This document shows, piece by piece, positions 18,184 through 27,642 of a stretch of 64,000 bases of DNA. Made by a program: the position numbers and the translations under genes. The notes below the pieces were generated by a model that had not been told where the DNA came from, ran no database searches, and saw nothing but the letters and a program-made list of their open reading frames with translations. The DNA is taken from contig NZ_JBIWFX010000002.1 of the NCBI RefSeq assembly GCF_044763225.1, forward strand, positions 487,080 through 551,079, read 5' to 3'. The DNA comes from Kitasatospora sp. NPDC096147 (lineage in GTDB: Bacteria > Actinomycetota > Actinomycetes > Streptomycetales > Streptomycetaceae). Numbering within the stretch: the stretch's first letter is position 1; every line of letters starts with the position of its first letter.

Positions 18184-19122
18184 TCAGTGACGGCTCGTCA
18201 GGGTGGCTCCCAGGCTCGCCAGCACCACGCAGGCGATCCCGGCCAGCTGGACCGCGCCGAGCAGCTGCCCCAGCACCAGCAGACCGATCAGTGCGCTGAC
18301 CGCCGGCTCCAGGCTCACCAGCACGCTGAACACCCGCTGCGGCATCCGCCGCAGCGCCGTCATCTCCAGCGCGTACGGGATCACCGGCAGCAGCAGGGCC
18401 ACCCCCGCCGAGGCGAGCAGCAGCAGCCACGGGGACTCCGCGCCCGACAGCCCCGACCACGCGCCGCCCAGGCCGATCGGGGCCAGCAGCACCGCGCCGA
18501 ACGCCATCGAGACCGCCAGCCCCTGGAAGCCCTGGAAGGCGGCGCCCACCTTGTCGGTCAGCAGGATGTAGCCCGCGTAGCAGGCGGCCGCGCCGAAGGC
18601 GCAGAGCAGGCCGACCGGGTCCAGTCCGCCGCCGTGCTCCCCGCCGCCCTCGCCGAGCAGGGTGAGCAGCGCCACCCCGCCGGCCGCCAGCAGGGCCCAG
18701 AGCAGGTGCGGCAGCCGCCGGGAGAAGGCCAGCGCCACCGCGAGCGGGCCGAGGAACTCGATGGTGGCCGCCGTGCCCATCGGCAGCCGGTCCACCGCAC
18801 CCGCGAAGAGCAGCGTCATCCCGGCCGAGACCGCACCCAGGAGGGCCGTCGCCCCCAGGTCGCGGCGGCTGCGCCCGCGCAGCCTCGGCCTGGTCAGGGC
18901 GAGCAGCAGCACCGCCGCGAAGGAGATCCGCAGGAAGGTCGCGCCGCCCACGCCGAGCTGGCCGAACAGCGGCTTCGAGAGGGCGATGCCCAGCTGGACG
19001 GTGAACATCGCCACCACGCAGAGCAGGGGGGCGGGGATGCGGGCGGTGCGGCCCCCGGACGGGGGAGCGGTGCTGGTGGCAGGGGTGGTGACCGCAGCTG
19101 CGGCGAGGTCGGCGGTGGACAT
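18184..19122 (-). CDS. EamA/DMT-family transporter
   Basis: About ten predicted TM helices with duplicated EamA-like halves. The start is chosen at MSTADLAAA. Confidence 0.7.
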   Translation of the reverse strand: MSTADLAAAAVTTPATSTAPPSGGRTARIPAPLLCVVAMFTVQLGIALSKPLFGQLGVGGATFLRISFAAVLLLALTRPRLRGRSRRDLGATALLGAVSAGMTLLFAGAVDRLPMGTAATIEFLGPLAVALAFSRRLPHLLWALLAAGGVALLTLLGEGGGEHGGGLDPVGLLCAFGAAACYAGYILLTDKVGAAFQGFQGLAVSMAFGAVLLAPIGLGGAWSGLSGAESPWLLLLASAGVALLLPVIPYALEMTALRRMPQRVFSVLVSLEPAVSALIGLLVLGQLLGAVQLAGIACVVLASLGATLTSRH

Positions 19123-19240
19123 CCAAGGAGTGTGACGTAAGGACCGCAGGCCGGGCAAACCCATGACAGGGTGACGGCGAACGGATGAACTTCCCGCTCC
19201 GGGGTCGAGTCCGGCCGACGGATGGTCAGGTATCCCGGAT

Positions 19241-20221
19241 GTGATGCGCTACCTGGCCCCGGCCGCCCTCACCGCCTCCTCCCTCGTGCTGCTGCTGGCC
19301 GCCGAGGGGATGCCCGGCCCGACCGCCGGGGGCATCCCCGCCGCCGCCCCGGTCGCCGCCGTGCTCCCGGCCACCGCCGGGGCCGCCGCGCCCGCCCGCC
19401 CCGCCGCCGGAGCCGCGCCCGCGCCCGCGCCCGCCAAGCCCGCTCCACCGCCCGTGGTGATCCGGGGCACCCGGCTGGCCGAGAAGCCCGGCCGCCGGGC
19501 CCTGGCCCCCGCCCGGATCTTCACCGGCACCGCCTTCGACGCCTGCACCGCGCCCCCGCTGGAGACCATGCGGGCTTGGAAGGAGGACTCCCCGTACGGC
19601 GCGGTCGGCATCTACGTCAGCGGCGGCCAGCGCGGCTGCGCCCAGCCCCGGCTGACCGCCGGCTGGGTCCGCGAGGTCCGGGCGATGGGCTGGCAGCTGA
19701 TCCCCACCCACGTCGGCCTCCAGGCCCCGTGCGCCACCCTCGGGGCCAAGCCGCACCGGATCGACCCGGCCGCCGCCGTCCGCCAGGGCAAGGAGGAGGC
19801 CGCCGAGGCCGCCGCCGCCCTGCGGGCCCTCGGCCTCGGCCCGGGGAGCCCGGTCTACCTGGACATCGAGTCCTACCCGCGCGGCGACCGGCGCTGCTCC
19901 CAGGGCGTGGTGGACTTCACCCTCTCCTGGACCAGGGCCCTGCACGCCGCGGGCTTCCGCTCCGGCTTCTACTCCAGCACCGACTCCGGCATCGCCGACC
20001 TGGCCGCCGCCGCCCGGGCCGGCGCCTCCCCGCTGCCGGACGCGCTCTGGTACGCCCGCTGGGACGACCGGGCCGACACCACCTCCACCACCGCGCTCGA
20101 CCCCGGCCAGTGGTCCCCGCACGCCCGGATCCACCAGTACCGGGGCAACACCACCGAGACCCACGGCGGTGCCACCCTGGCCATCGACCACAACGCGGCG
20201 GACGCCCCGGTCGCCACCTGA
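19241..20221 (+). CDS. Secreted DUF1906 (Rv2525c-like glycoside-hydrolase-like) domain protein
   Basis: Signal peptide followed by an Ala/Pro-rich linker. YLDIE and ARWDD motifs are typical of DUF1906. Confidence 0.55.
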   Translation: MMRYLAPAALTASSLVLLLAAEGMPGPTAGGIPAAAPVAAVLPATAGAAAPARPAAGAAPAPAPAKPAPPPVVIRGTRLAEKPGRRALAPARIFTGTAFDACTAPPLETMRAWKEDSPYGAVGIYVSGGQRGCAQPRLTAGWVREVRAMGWQLIPTHVGLQAPCATLGAKPHRIDPAAAVRQGKEEAAEAAAALRALGLGPGSPVYLDIESYPRGDRRCSQGVVDFTLSWTRALHAAGFRSGFYSSTDSGIADLAAAARAGASPLPDALWYARWDDRADTTSTTALDPGQWSPHARIHQYRGNTTETHGGATLAIDHNAADAPVAT

Positions 20222-20393
20222 CGGCCCGTCGGGCCGGGCGGGACCGGGCGGGGCCGGCGGTGTCCGGGGCGTGACCTTCGTCGCTGACGGTCCATTCCCT
20301 TGACGACGCAATCCCGGCCGAGCAGCATCTCACTACCTGCCAGTAGTCACTGGCACGGTTGCTCGTCCCCCCGCCCGGTCAAGGAGGACCCGC

Positions 20394-22052
20394 GTGTTCA
20401 GCACCATGCAGGACGTACCGCTCACCGTCGCCAGGATCCTGACGCACGGATCGACCCTGCACGCCGCATCGACGGTCTCCACCTGGGACGGCACCGGCCC
20501 GGTGGTCCGCACCTTCGGTGAGGTCGGCGCCCGGGCCGGTCAGCTCGCGCACGCGCTGCGGGACGAACTCGGCGCGGGCGAGGAGTCCGTGATCGGCACC
20601 CTGATGTGGAACAACGCCGAGCACCTGGAGGCGTACCTGGCCGTCCCCTCGATGGGCGCGGTGCTGCACACCCTCAACCTCCGGCTGCCCCCGCAGCAGC
20701 TGGCGTACATCATCAACCACGCCGCCGACCACGCGATCCTGGTGGACGGCAGCGTGCTCCCGCTGCTCGCCGGGGTGCTGCCGCAGCTCAACCCGACGCT
20801 CCGTCACATCGTGGTGAACGGCCCGGGCGACCGCTCGCTGCTGGACGGCTTCGCCGGCCGGGTGCACGACTACGAGGCGCTGATCGCCGACCGCCCGGCG
20901 GACTACCCCTGGCTGACCGAGATCGACGAGCGCCGGGCCGCCGCGCTCTGCTACACCTCCGGCACCACCGGGGACCCGAAGGGCGTGGCCTACAGCCACC
21001 GCTCGGTCTACCTGCACTGCCTGCAGGTGCTCTCCGCCGACAGCTTCGGCATGAGCCAGGTGGACACCGTGCTGCCGGTGGTCCCGATGTTCCACGTGAA
21101 CGCCTGGGGCAAGCCGTACGCCGCCTTCATGTCCGGCGCCAAGCTGCTGATGCCGGACCGCTTCCTCCAGCCCAAGCCGCTGGCCGAGATGATCGACCGC
21201 TGCCGGCCGACCGTGGCCGCCGCCGTGCCGACCATCTGGAACGGCCTGCTGGACGAGCTGGACGCCGGCTCCTACGACACCAGCAGCCTGAAGATGGTGG
21301 TGATCGGCGGCTCGGCCTGCCCGCCCGCGCTGATGCGCGCCTTCCAGGAGCGGCACGGCATCCGGGTGGTGCACGCGTGGGGCATGACCGAGACCTCCCC
21401 GCTCGGCTCCTTCGGCCTGCCCCCGGGCGGCCTGACCGAGGAGGAGGAGTGGCCCTACCGCTACACCCAGGGCCGCTTCCCGGCCTCGGTGGAGGCCCGG
21501 CTGATCGGCCCGGGCGGCGAGCGGATGCCGCACGACGGCGCCGCCACCGGCGAGTTGGAGGTGCGCGGTCCGTGGATCGCGGGGGCGTACTTCGGCGGCG
21601 CGGGCCAGGAGCCGGAGCGCCCCGAGGACAAGTTCAGCCCCGACGGCTGGCTGCGCACCGGTGACGTCGGCACCATCACCCCCGACGGCTACCTCACGCT
21701 GACCGACCGGGCCAAGGACGTGATCAAGTCCGGTGGTGAGTGGATCTCCTCGGTCGAGCTGGAGAACCACCTGATGGCCCATCCGCAGGTCGCCGAGGCC
21801 GCCGTGGTCGCGGTGCCGGACGAGAAGTGGGGCGAGCGCCCGCTGGCCACCGTGGTGCTGCGCCCCGGCGCCACCGCCGACCTGGCCGAGCTGCGCGCCT
21901 TCCTGGCCGGCCGGATCGCCGGCTGGCAGCTGCCCGAGCGCTGGTCGCTGGTCGAGGCGGTGCCGAAGACCTCGGTCGGCAAGTTCGACAAGAAGGTGAT
22001 CCGGGCCCAGTACGCGGCCGACCAACTGGACGTCACCACCCTCGGGAAGTGA
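20394..22052 (+). CDS. Long-chain fatty-acid--CoA ligase (AMP-dependent synthetase)
   Basis: An [10 protein letters not shown] precedes the GTG start. The AMP-binding signature YTSGTTGDPKGV is present, with a C-terminal GWLRTGD...K block. Confidence 0.85.
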   Translation: MFSTMQDVPLTVARILTHGSTLHAASTVSTWDGTGPVVRTFGEVGARAGQLAHALRDELGAGEESVIGTLMWNNAEHLEAYLAVPSMGAVLHTLNLRLPPQQLAYIINHAADHAILVDGSVLPLLAGVLPQLNPTLRHIVVNGPGDRSLLDGFAGRVHDYEALIADRPADYPWLTEIDERRAAALCYTSGTTGDPKGVAYSHRSVYLHCLQVLSADSFGMSQVDTVLPVVPMFHVNAWGKPYAAFMSGAKLLMPDRFLQPKPLAEMIDRCRPTVAAAVPTIWNGLLDELDAGSYDTSSLKMVVIGGSACPPALMRAFQERHGIRVVHAWGMTETSPLGSFGLPPGGLTEEEEWPYRYTQGRFPASVEARLIGPGGERMPHDGAATGELEVRGPWIAGAYFGGAGQEPERPEDKFSPDGWLRTGDVGTITPDGYLTLTDRAKDVIKSGGEWISSVELENHLMAHPQVAEAAVVAVPDEKWGERPLATVVLRPGATADLAELRAFLAGRIAGWQLPERWSLVEAVPKTSVGKFDKKVIRAQYAADQLDVTTLGK

Positions 22053-22074
22053 CGCCGGGTCAGCCCTGAACGGC

Positions 22075-22111
22075 GAGGGGCCCGGACCGCGTGCGGCGGT
22101 CCGGGCCCCTC
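22075..22111. terminator. 16-bp perfect stem-loop between convergent acyl-CoA ligase and kinase genes
   Basis: gaggggcccggaccgc-gtgcg-gcggtccgggcccctc. Confidence 0.6.
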
Positions 22112-22135
22112 CCCGCGTCGGGAGACGCGCCGGGC

Positions 22136-25100
22136 TCAGTACCGGGCGGTGGCGGCCGGCTCGGCCAGCGAGCCGATCCGGGCCAGCAGGTCGACGATCC
22201 GGGCCTGCACGTCCTCGCCGGTGGAGCGCTCGGCCAGGAAGAGCACCGTCTCCCCGGTGCGCAGCCGGGGCAGCTCCGCCGGGTCGAGGCCGACCGAGGT
22301 GTAGACGACCAGCGGGGTGCGGTGCAGCCGGTCGTTGGCCCGCAGCCAGTCCAGCAGGCCGACCCGGCGGCGCTGGATCTGCAGCAGGTCCATCACCACC
22401 AGGTTGGGCTGCACGCTGCTGGCCCGGGAGACCGCGTCGTTCTCGTCGGTGGCGTGCTCCACGTGCATGCCGCGCCGCTCCAGCCCGCCGATCAGCGCGG
22501 CGGCCACGTCCGGGTCGGACTCCACCAGCAGCACCCGGGAGGCGTGGTTCTCGCTGTCCTTGGGCGCCAACGCCCGGAGCAGCACGGCCGGTTCGGCCCC
22601 GTAGGCGGCGTCCCGGCCGGCCTGGCCGAGCCCGGCGGTGACCAGCACCGGCACCCGGTTGTTGAGCGCGGCGGTGCGCAGCGACTGGAGCGCGGTCCGG
22701 GTGATCGGGCCGGTCAGCGGATCGACGAAGAGCGCGGCCGGGTAGCCGGGCGGCTCGGCGTCCACCTCCTCGCGGGAGTGCACCGTGACGGGCTGGAAGC
22801 CCCGCTCCTGGAGCGCCCGTTCGGTGGCCGGCTCGGGCTCCGGCCAGACCAGCAGGCGGCGCGGGCCGCCGTCCAGCGCGGGGCCCACCACGGTCGGCTG
22901 CCCGTCCGGGCCGGGGCCCGACGGACCGGTGGCCAGGGCGAGTTCGGCGGTCGGCCGGGGCGGGGTGCGGGGCGCGGCGGGCGCGCCGCCGGTGGTGGCG
23001 GGCAGCAGCGAGCCGTCCTGCCGGGTCGGGTCGCCGGGTGCGGGGTCGGAGCCAGCCGCCAGCGCGGGCAGCGCCTGGCGCTCGGCACCACCGGGGCCGA
23101 CCGGCTGCTGCGGGAAGGTGCCGGGCTGCGGGAAGGCACCGGGCTGCGGGAAGGCACTGGGGAAGGCTCCGGCGAAGCCGCCGCCCAGCGGGCGCGGCGG
23201 GGCCAGCTCGCCCAGACCGCTGCCGACCGGCTTCGGCTGGCCGTCCTCACCGGAGGGCACCAGGTGCGCGGTGGGCGGGGCCGACGGGGGCTCGGGGAGG
23301 TGGGCGGGCAGGTCGGCTGACGGCGCGTCCGATCCGGCCGGCAGCTCCAACGCGCCCCGGGGCGTGGCGGCCTGGGGGTCCTGGCCGTTCCGGTGTCCGA
23401 GGGCCTGGTCGTGCGGGCCCCGGTCCTGGGGGTCGCCGGTCCGGTCGTCCTGGCCCTGGCCGGCCTGGCTCGGCAGTGCGAGCCGGCGGCGGCGGCCGGT
23501 GGGCGGGGTGGCCGGCGGTTCGGCCGGGGGCCGGGACTCCGCCAGCGACTGCTCCAGCCCGGGGTACACGGGAGTGCCCGGGTCCGGCACGCCCGGCAGC
23601 GCGAGCGCCTCGCCGGCCGCCGGCGCGCCGCGCCGCCGCCGCCCGAGCCGTCCGCTGCCGCCCTCCTCCGCAGCCGGTGCGGCAGCCCGCTCGGCGGCCT
23701 CGCCCGACGGGGTGTCAGGGACCGACGGCGCGTCAGCACCGGAAGCGTCGGGAGTGCCGGGAGCACCGGAGCCGAGCGCGATCGGGGTGCGGGGTACGGC
23801 CTCCCCGGCGGGCTTCCCGCCGGTCGCCCCGCCGTCCCGCGCCCCGCCGTCCACCGCGGCGCCGTCCGCCGCGCCGGTCCCGGCGTCGCCCGGCGCGGTG
23901 CCCGGGCCCGCCGGCCCGGCCGCCTCCGCGGGCTCGCCCCCGGTGGCGGGGCCCTTGGCCTCCTCGGCGGGCGGCACCTCGGGGAGGTCCGGCAGCATCG
24001 CCGTGTCGGTCTCCTTGGGGACGCTGGGCCGGCCCCGGTGCAGGGCGGTGACGGCCGGGTCGAGCGGCAGCTCGACCACGTACGTGGTGCCGCCCTTGGC
24101 GGGCAGCTCGTGCCGCTGGAGCACTCCGCCGTGCCGCTCCACGGTGCCCCGGGCGATCGGCAGGTGCACCGGGTTGGCCGCCCGGGCGGGGCCGCGCACC
24201 TCGATCCGGGCCACCTCGCCGCGCTGGGCGGCGGCCAGCACGACCATCGGGGCCTGGCCGTCGTCGCCGTCCAGCGAGAGCGACACGCCGCTGACGTCCG
24301 CGACCAGGTGGGCCAGTGCCCGGGCCAGCCGCTCCCGGTCCGCCACCACCTCGACCGGGGCGGCGTGGACCGAGTAGCGCACCCGGCCGGCCCCGACCAG
24401 CAGGCCGGCCTGCTCGACGGCGTCCCGGACCACCTCGTCCAGCGGGACCGGCTCGCGGTCCAGCGCCTCCCGGCCGGCCTCGGCGTCCACCTCGAACCGC
24501 TGGTGCGCCAGCACCCCGTCGATCAGGGTGCCGAAGCGGCGGCACTCGTCGGCGAGGCGCCGCAGCGTCCAGTTCGCCTCCGGCCAGAGCGAGCCGGCCG
24601 GGTCCTCGGCCAGCCCGTCGATCCGGCGCCGCAGGTCGGCCAACGCCCCGCCCAGCTCGCCCTCCAGAACGGCCGTCAGGTGCTCGTTCCGGGCGGTCAG
24701 GGCCAGCTCCCTGGTGCGGTCGGTGAAGGTCATCACCGCGCCGACCAGCTGGTCGCCGTCCCGGACCGGGGCGGTGGTGAGGTCCACCGTCACCGGGGTG
24801 CCGTCCTTGCGCCAGAGCACCGCGCCGCGCACCCGGTGCTTGCGGCCGGAGAGCAGGGTGTCCAGCAGTGCCGAGCCCTCCAGGGCCAGCGGGGTGCCGT
24901 CGGCCTGCGAGTGCTGCACCAGCGGGTGCAGCTCACGGCCGCCCAACTCGCTGGCCCGGTAGTCCAGGATGTGCGCGGCGGCCGGGTTGACCAGCACCAC
25001 CCGCCCGTCCAGGTCCACCCCGAGCACGCCCTCGGCGGCGGCCCGCAGGATCATCTCGGTCTGCTTGTGCTGGCGCCGCAGCTCGGCCTCGACCCCGAGC

Positions 25101-25525
25101 CGTCCGCTCAGGTCGCGGACCAGCAGGAGCAGCAGCTCGCCGGCCGAGGAGCCGCCGTCCGGATAGAAGGAGTAGCCGCCCCCGCCGCGCCCCTCGCCCT
25201 CGTCGGTGAAGTCGTTGCCCGAGACCTCGACCGGGAAGGTGGTGCCGTCCGTCCGCCGGGCGGTCATCCGGACCGGCCGGTCCAGGCCCTCCGGCTCGCG
25301 CGGGGCCGGGCGCATCGACCCGGGGATCCGGCTGGGGTCGAACTCCGGCAGCAGGTCGAGCACCCCGCGTCCGACCAGGGAGGTGCCGGGGGTCTGCATC
25401 GCCTGCACGGCAGCGGCGTTGGCGTCGACCACGGTGCCGTTGCTGTTCACCAGGAGCAGTGCGTCCGGCAGCGCGTCGAGTATCGCGGCGAGGCGAGCAG
25501 CGCCTCGGATCGGCCTGCTGCTCAT
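22136..25525 (-). CDS. Large multidomain sensor: PAS domains + HisKA/HATPase histidine kinase + ~330-aa Pro/Ala-rich disordered linker + two C-terminal receiver (REC) domains
   Basis: ATG at 25525 with an AGGAG RBS. PAS-like blocks are at the N-terminus. The HATPase region is GTTYVVELPLD. The central region is a long P/A/G-rich low-complexity stretch. The C-terminus carries two CheY-like domains (VLLVESDPDVAAAL...VVMDL and a second one). Confidence 0.7.
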   Translation of the reverse strand: MSSRPIRGAARLAAILDALPDALLLVNSNGTVVDANAAAVQAMQTPGTSLVGRGVLDLLPEFDPSRIPGSMRPAPREPEGLDRPVRMTARRTDGTTFPVEVSGNDFTDEGEGRGGGGYSFYPDGGSSAGELLLLLVRDLSGRLGVEAELRRQHKQTEMILRAAAEGVLGVDLDGRVVLVNPAAAHILDYRASELGGRELHPLVQHSQADGTPLALEGSALLDTLLSGRKHRVRGAVLWRKDGTPVTVDLTTAPVRDGDQLVGAVMTFTDRTRELALTARNEHLTAVLEGELGGALADLRRRIDGLAEDPAGSLWPEANWTLRRLADECRRFGTLIDGVLAHQRFEVDAEAGREALDREPVPLDEVVRDAVEQAGLLVGAGRVRYSVHAAPVEVVADRERLARALAHLVADVSGVSLSLDGDDGQAPMVVLAAAQRGEVARIEVRGPARAANPVHLPIARGTVERHGGVLQRHELPAKGGTTYVVELPLDPAVTALHRGRPSVPKETDTAMLPDLPEVPPAEEAKGPATGGEPAEAAGPAGPGTAPGDAGTGAADGAAVDGGARDGGATGGKPAGEAVPRTPIALGSGAPGTPDASGADAPSVPDTPSGEAAERAAAPAAEEGGSGRLGRRRRGAPAAGEALALPGVPDPGTPVYPGLEQSLAESRPPAEPPATPPTGRRRRLALPSQAGQGQDDRTGDPQDRGPHDQALGHRNGQDPQAATPRGALELPAGSDAPSADLPAHLPEPPSAPPTAHLVPSGEDGQPKPVGSGLGELAPPRPLGGGFAGAFPSAFPQPGAFPQPGTFPQQPVGPGGAERQALPALAAGSDPAPGDPTRQDGSLLPATTGGAPAAPRTPPRPTAELALATGPSGPGPDGQPTVVGPALDGGPRRLLVWPEPEPATERALQERGFQPVTVHSREEVDAEPPGYPAALFVDPLTGPITRTALQSLRTAALNNRVPVLVTAGLGQAGRDAAYGAEPAVLLRALAPKDSENHASRVLLVESDPDVAAALIGGLERRGMHVEHATDENDAVSRASSVQPNLVVMDLLQIQRRRVGLLDWLRANDRLHRTPLVVYTSVGLDPAELPRLRTGETVLFLAERSTGEDVQARIVDLLARIGSLAEPAATARY

Positions 25526-25944
25526 GTCGACAGGTCTCCTCACGGCTTGCGTCACGGCGTGCGACCGGCGGCTCGCGCTCTCTCGGGAGACTGGAGTATC
25601 TCATTCTTCTTTGCACGGCGGACGACCCGCCCAGTATCGTGGGCGGCGGTTGGTGTCGGGGCCCCAGGCTGTGGCATCATCACACTCGCACGGAGTGCAC
25701 CGGCTGCGCCGGTGTGGTCCTTGCGGAGGAGGCTTCGCCTAGTCCGGTCTATGGCGCCGCACTGCTAATGCGGTTTCGGGGTTATTCCTGATCGAGGGTT
25801 CAAATCCCTCAGCCTCCGCTCAACCGGGAGCCCCGGCGGTCACTGACCGTCGGGGCTCCTGTGCGTCGCACCCCCGGGGCAATCGATTTCGCCCCAGGTC
25901 GCGGGTCATGTAATGTTGTCCCCGCAACGCCCCGTCAGGGGCAA

Positions 25945-26020
25945 GCGCTCATAGCTCAACGGATAGAGCACTTGACTACGGATCAAGAGGTTGCAGGTTC
26001 GAATCCTGCTGAGCGCACCA
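25945..26020 (+). tRNA. tRNA-Arg (anticodon ACG), 76 nt with encoded CCA
   Basis: Cloverleaf folded by hand. Acceptor is gcgctca/tgagcgc. D-stem is gctc/gagc. Anticodon stem is cttga/tcaag with loop ctACGga. T-arm is gcagg-ttcgaat-cctgc. Confidence 0.85.
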
Positions 26021-26059
26021 CGCACCACCGCTTCGCAGCCCGTGAGTTGGGCCGCGCAA

Positions 26060-26135
26060 GCGCTCATAGCTCAACGGATAGAGCACTTGACTACGGATCA
26101 AGAGGTTGCAGGTTCGAATCCTGCTGAGCGCACCA
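26060..26135 (+). tRNA. tRNA-Arg (anticodon ACG), identical tandem second copy
   Basis: Identical 76-nt sequence, 39 bp downstream of copy 1. Confidence 0.85.
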
Positions 26136-26138
26136 ACC

Positions 26139-26168
26139 GAGAGGCCCCGGGAGATCCCGGGGCCTCTC
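26139..26168. terminator. 13-bp perfect hairpin, bidirectional terminator between tRNA-Arg pair and the convergent globin-reductase gene
   Basis: gagaggccccggg-agat-cccggggcctctc. Confidence 0.6.
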
Positions 26169-26180
26169 GTCGTTCCCGCC

Positions 26181-27383
26181 TCAGCGACCGGGCAGCGGGT
26201 CGGGCGGGGGGCCGAGCAGCCACTCGGCCGGGCTGAGGTGGCCGCCCGGGCGGGGCGGCGGCGGGACCGGGTCGTGGCGGATCAGCGCCGGATCGGCGTG
26301 CAGGCCGGTGAGCAGCCGGGTCAACTCGGGGGCCAGCGCGGGCGGGCCGCTCAGGTAGACGTCGTGGCCGGACCAGTCCCCGTGCCGCCGTAGTCCGGTG
26401 CGGAGCAGGGCAGCCGCCTCGGCGGGGTCGGTGCCGTACTCGGGGGCCGCCAGCACCACCTCCAGCCAAGGGTGTTCGGCCACCAGCGCGGTCACGGCGG
26501 CCAGGTCGTACTGGTCGGCGTCGTCCCGGGCGGCCAGGTAGACGGTGACCGGCCGGGCCGGGCCCCGGGCGAGCTGCTCCAGCAGCGCCTTGACCGCGCC
26601 CCAGCCGGTGCCGCCGGCCACCGCCAGCACCGGGCGACGGGAGGCCGGGTCGAGCACGGCGGTGCCCTGCGGCGCACCGAGCAGCAGCCGCTCGCCGGGC
26701 AGCACGTCGTGCACCAGCACCGGGCTGAGCCGCCCGCCGGGCACCCGGCGCACGTGCAGCTCCAGCGTGCCGTCCGGGCGCGGGGCGTTGGCGATCGAGT
26801 ACGGGCGCCAGAGTTGCGGCAGCCGGGGCGAGCCGAGCGTCAGGTACTGGCCGGCCGTGTGCCGGTAGGGCCGGTCCGGGCGGAGCGTGAGCACCACCAG
26901 GTCGGGGGCGGCCCGCCGACGGTGCGTCACCTCGGCCTCCCACCAGGCGGGTGCGCCGTCCTCCTCCTCGGCGGCCTCCAGCATGGTCCGGGAGACCACC
27001 GCGTACGCCTCGGTCCAGGACCGCTCGGTCTCCTGGGTCCAGGTGCGGCCGGAGAAGTGCCGGACGGCGGCCACCAGGCTGGCCCCGACGGCGGCGTAGT
27101 GCTCGGCCGCGGCCCGGTACCTGCGGTGGTCCCGGCCCAGCGCGCGCAGGTACTCGGTGAGCCGGGCCGGCTGGTCGAGCTGCCGCACCACGTGGGCGAG
27201 CGCGCGGAACAGCCGGTCGCGCTGCTCGGTCAGGTCGGCCGGGAAGTGCCGGCGCAGGTCCGGGTGGTGTGCGAACAGGTGGACGTAGAAGAACCGGACC
27301 AGCTGATCGGCCCGGCACTCGACGACGGCGAAGCTGGCGCGCAGCAGCGCGGGGTCGAAGGACACCGCGCCGACTCTACTCAC
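26181..27383 (-). CDS. Flavohemoprotein-like protein (globin domain fused to FAD/NAD(P) ferredoxin-reductase-like domain)
   Basis: The N-terminal globin-like block is FFYVHLFAHHPDLRRHFP. The C-terminus has an FNR-like RPYSIAN flavin-binding motif and a GGTG NAD(P) motif. The start is uncertain; GTG at 27383 or 27365 was chosen, and the reported ORF extends to 27542. Confidence 0.6.
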   Translation of the reverse strand: MSRVGAVSFDPALLRASFAVVECRADQLVRFFYVHLFAHHPDLRRHFPADLTEQRDRLFRALAHVVRQLDQPARLTEYLRALGRDHRRYRAAAEHYAAVGASLVAAVRHFSGRTWTQETERSWTEAYAVVSRTMLEAAEEEDGAPAWWEAEVTHRRRAAPDLVVLTLRPDRPYRHTAGQYLTLGSPRLPQLWRPYSIANAPRPDGTLELHVRRVPGGRLSPVLVHDVLPGERLLLGAPQGTAVLDPASRRPVLAVAGGTGWGAVKALLEQLARGPARPVTVYLAARDDADQYDLAAVTALVAEHPWLEVVLAAPEYGTDPAEAAALLRTGLRRHGDWSGHDVYLSGPPALAPELTRLLTGLHADPALIRHDPVPPPPRPGGHLSPAEWLLGPPPDPLPGR

Positions 27384-27642
27384 CCGGAGATCAATTCGAA
27401 CGGGAATCGGTGACGAATGGTCAGTGAACGGGCCGGGACGGCCCGTTGCCGGACAAGTACGACCGCTGGAATCCGTGTGGTCGGGGTAGGCCCGAGACTG
27501 CCGGGCGAGTGACCGCCATTCGGGTTGCACCGGGGCGTTCACCGAGGTGTCACGGTACGACGGGCTCCATGTCGTGATTCCGTTTTGTCAGAACTTATGC
27601 CTGCCGCGCCGGTTGGCGGCCGACACCGAAGGAGAGAGCCGG

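Noticed and set aside
20300-20393. ACTAC-N6-GTAGT inverted repeat upstream of the acyl-CoA ligase as a FadR/TetR operator
   Set aside because: Only 5-bp arms. Too weak to distinguish from chance without comparative data.
22785-25768. Plus-strand ORFs (22785-24377, 23038-24051, 23393-25768) and many short ORFs inside the kinase gene
   Set aside because: They arise from the Pro/Ala-rich linker region of the minus-strand kinase, whose GC-rich codons leave other frames open.
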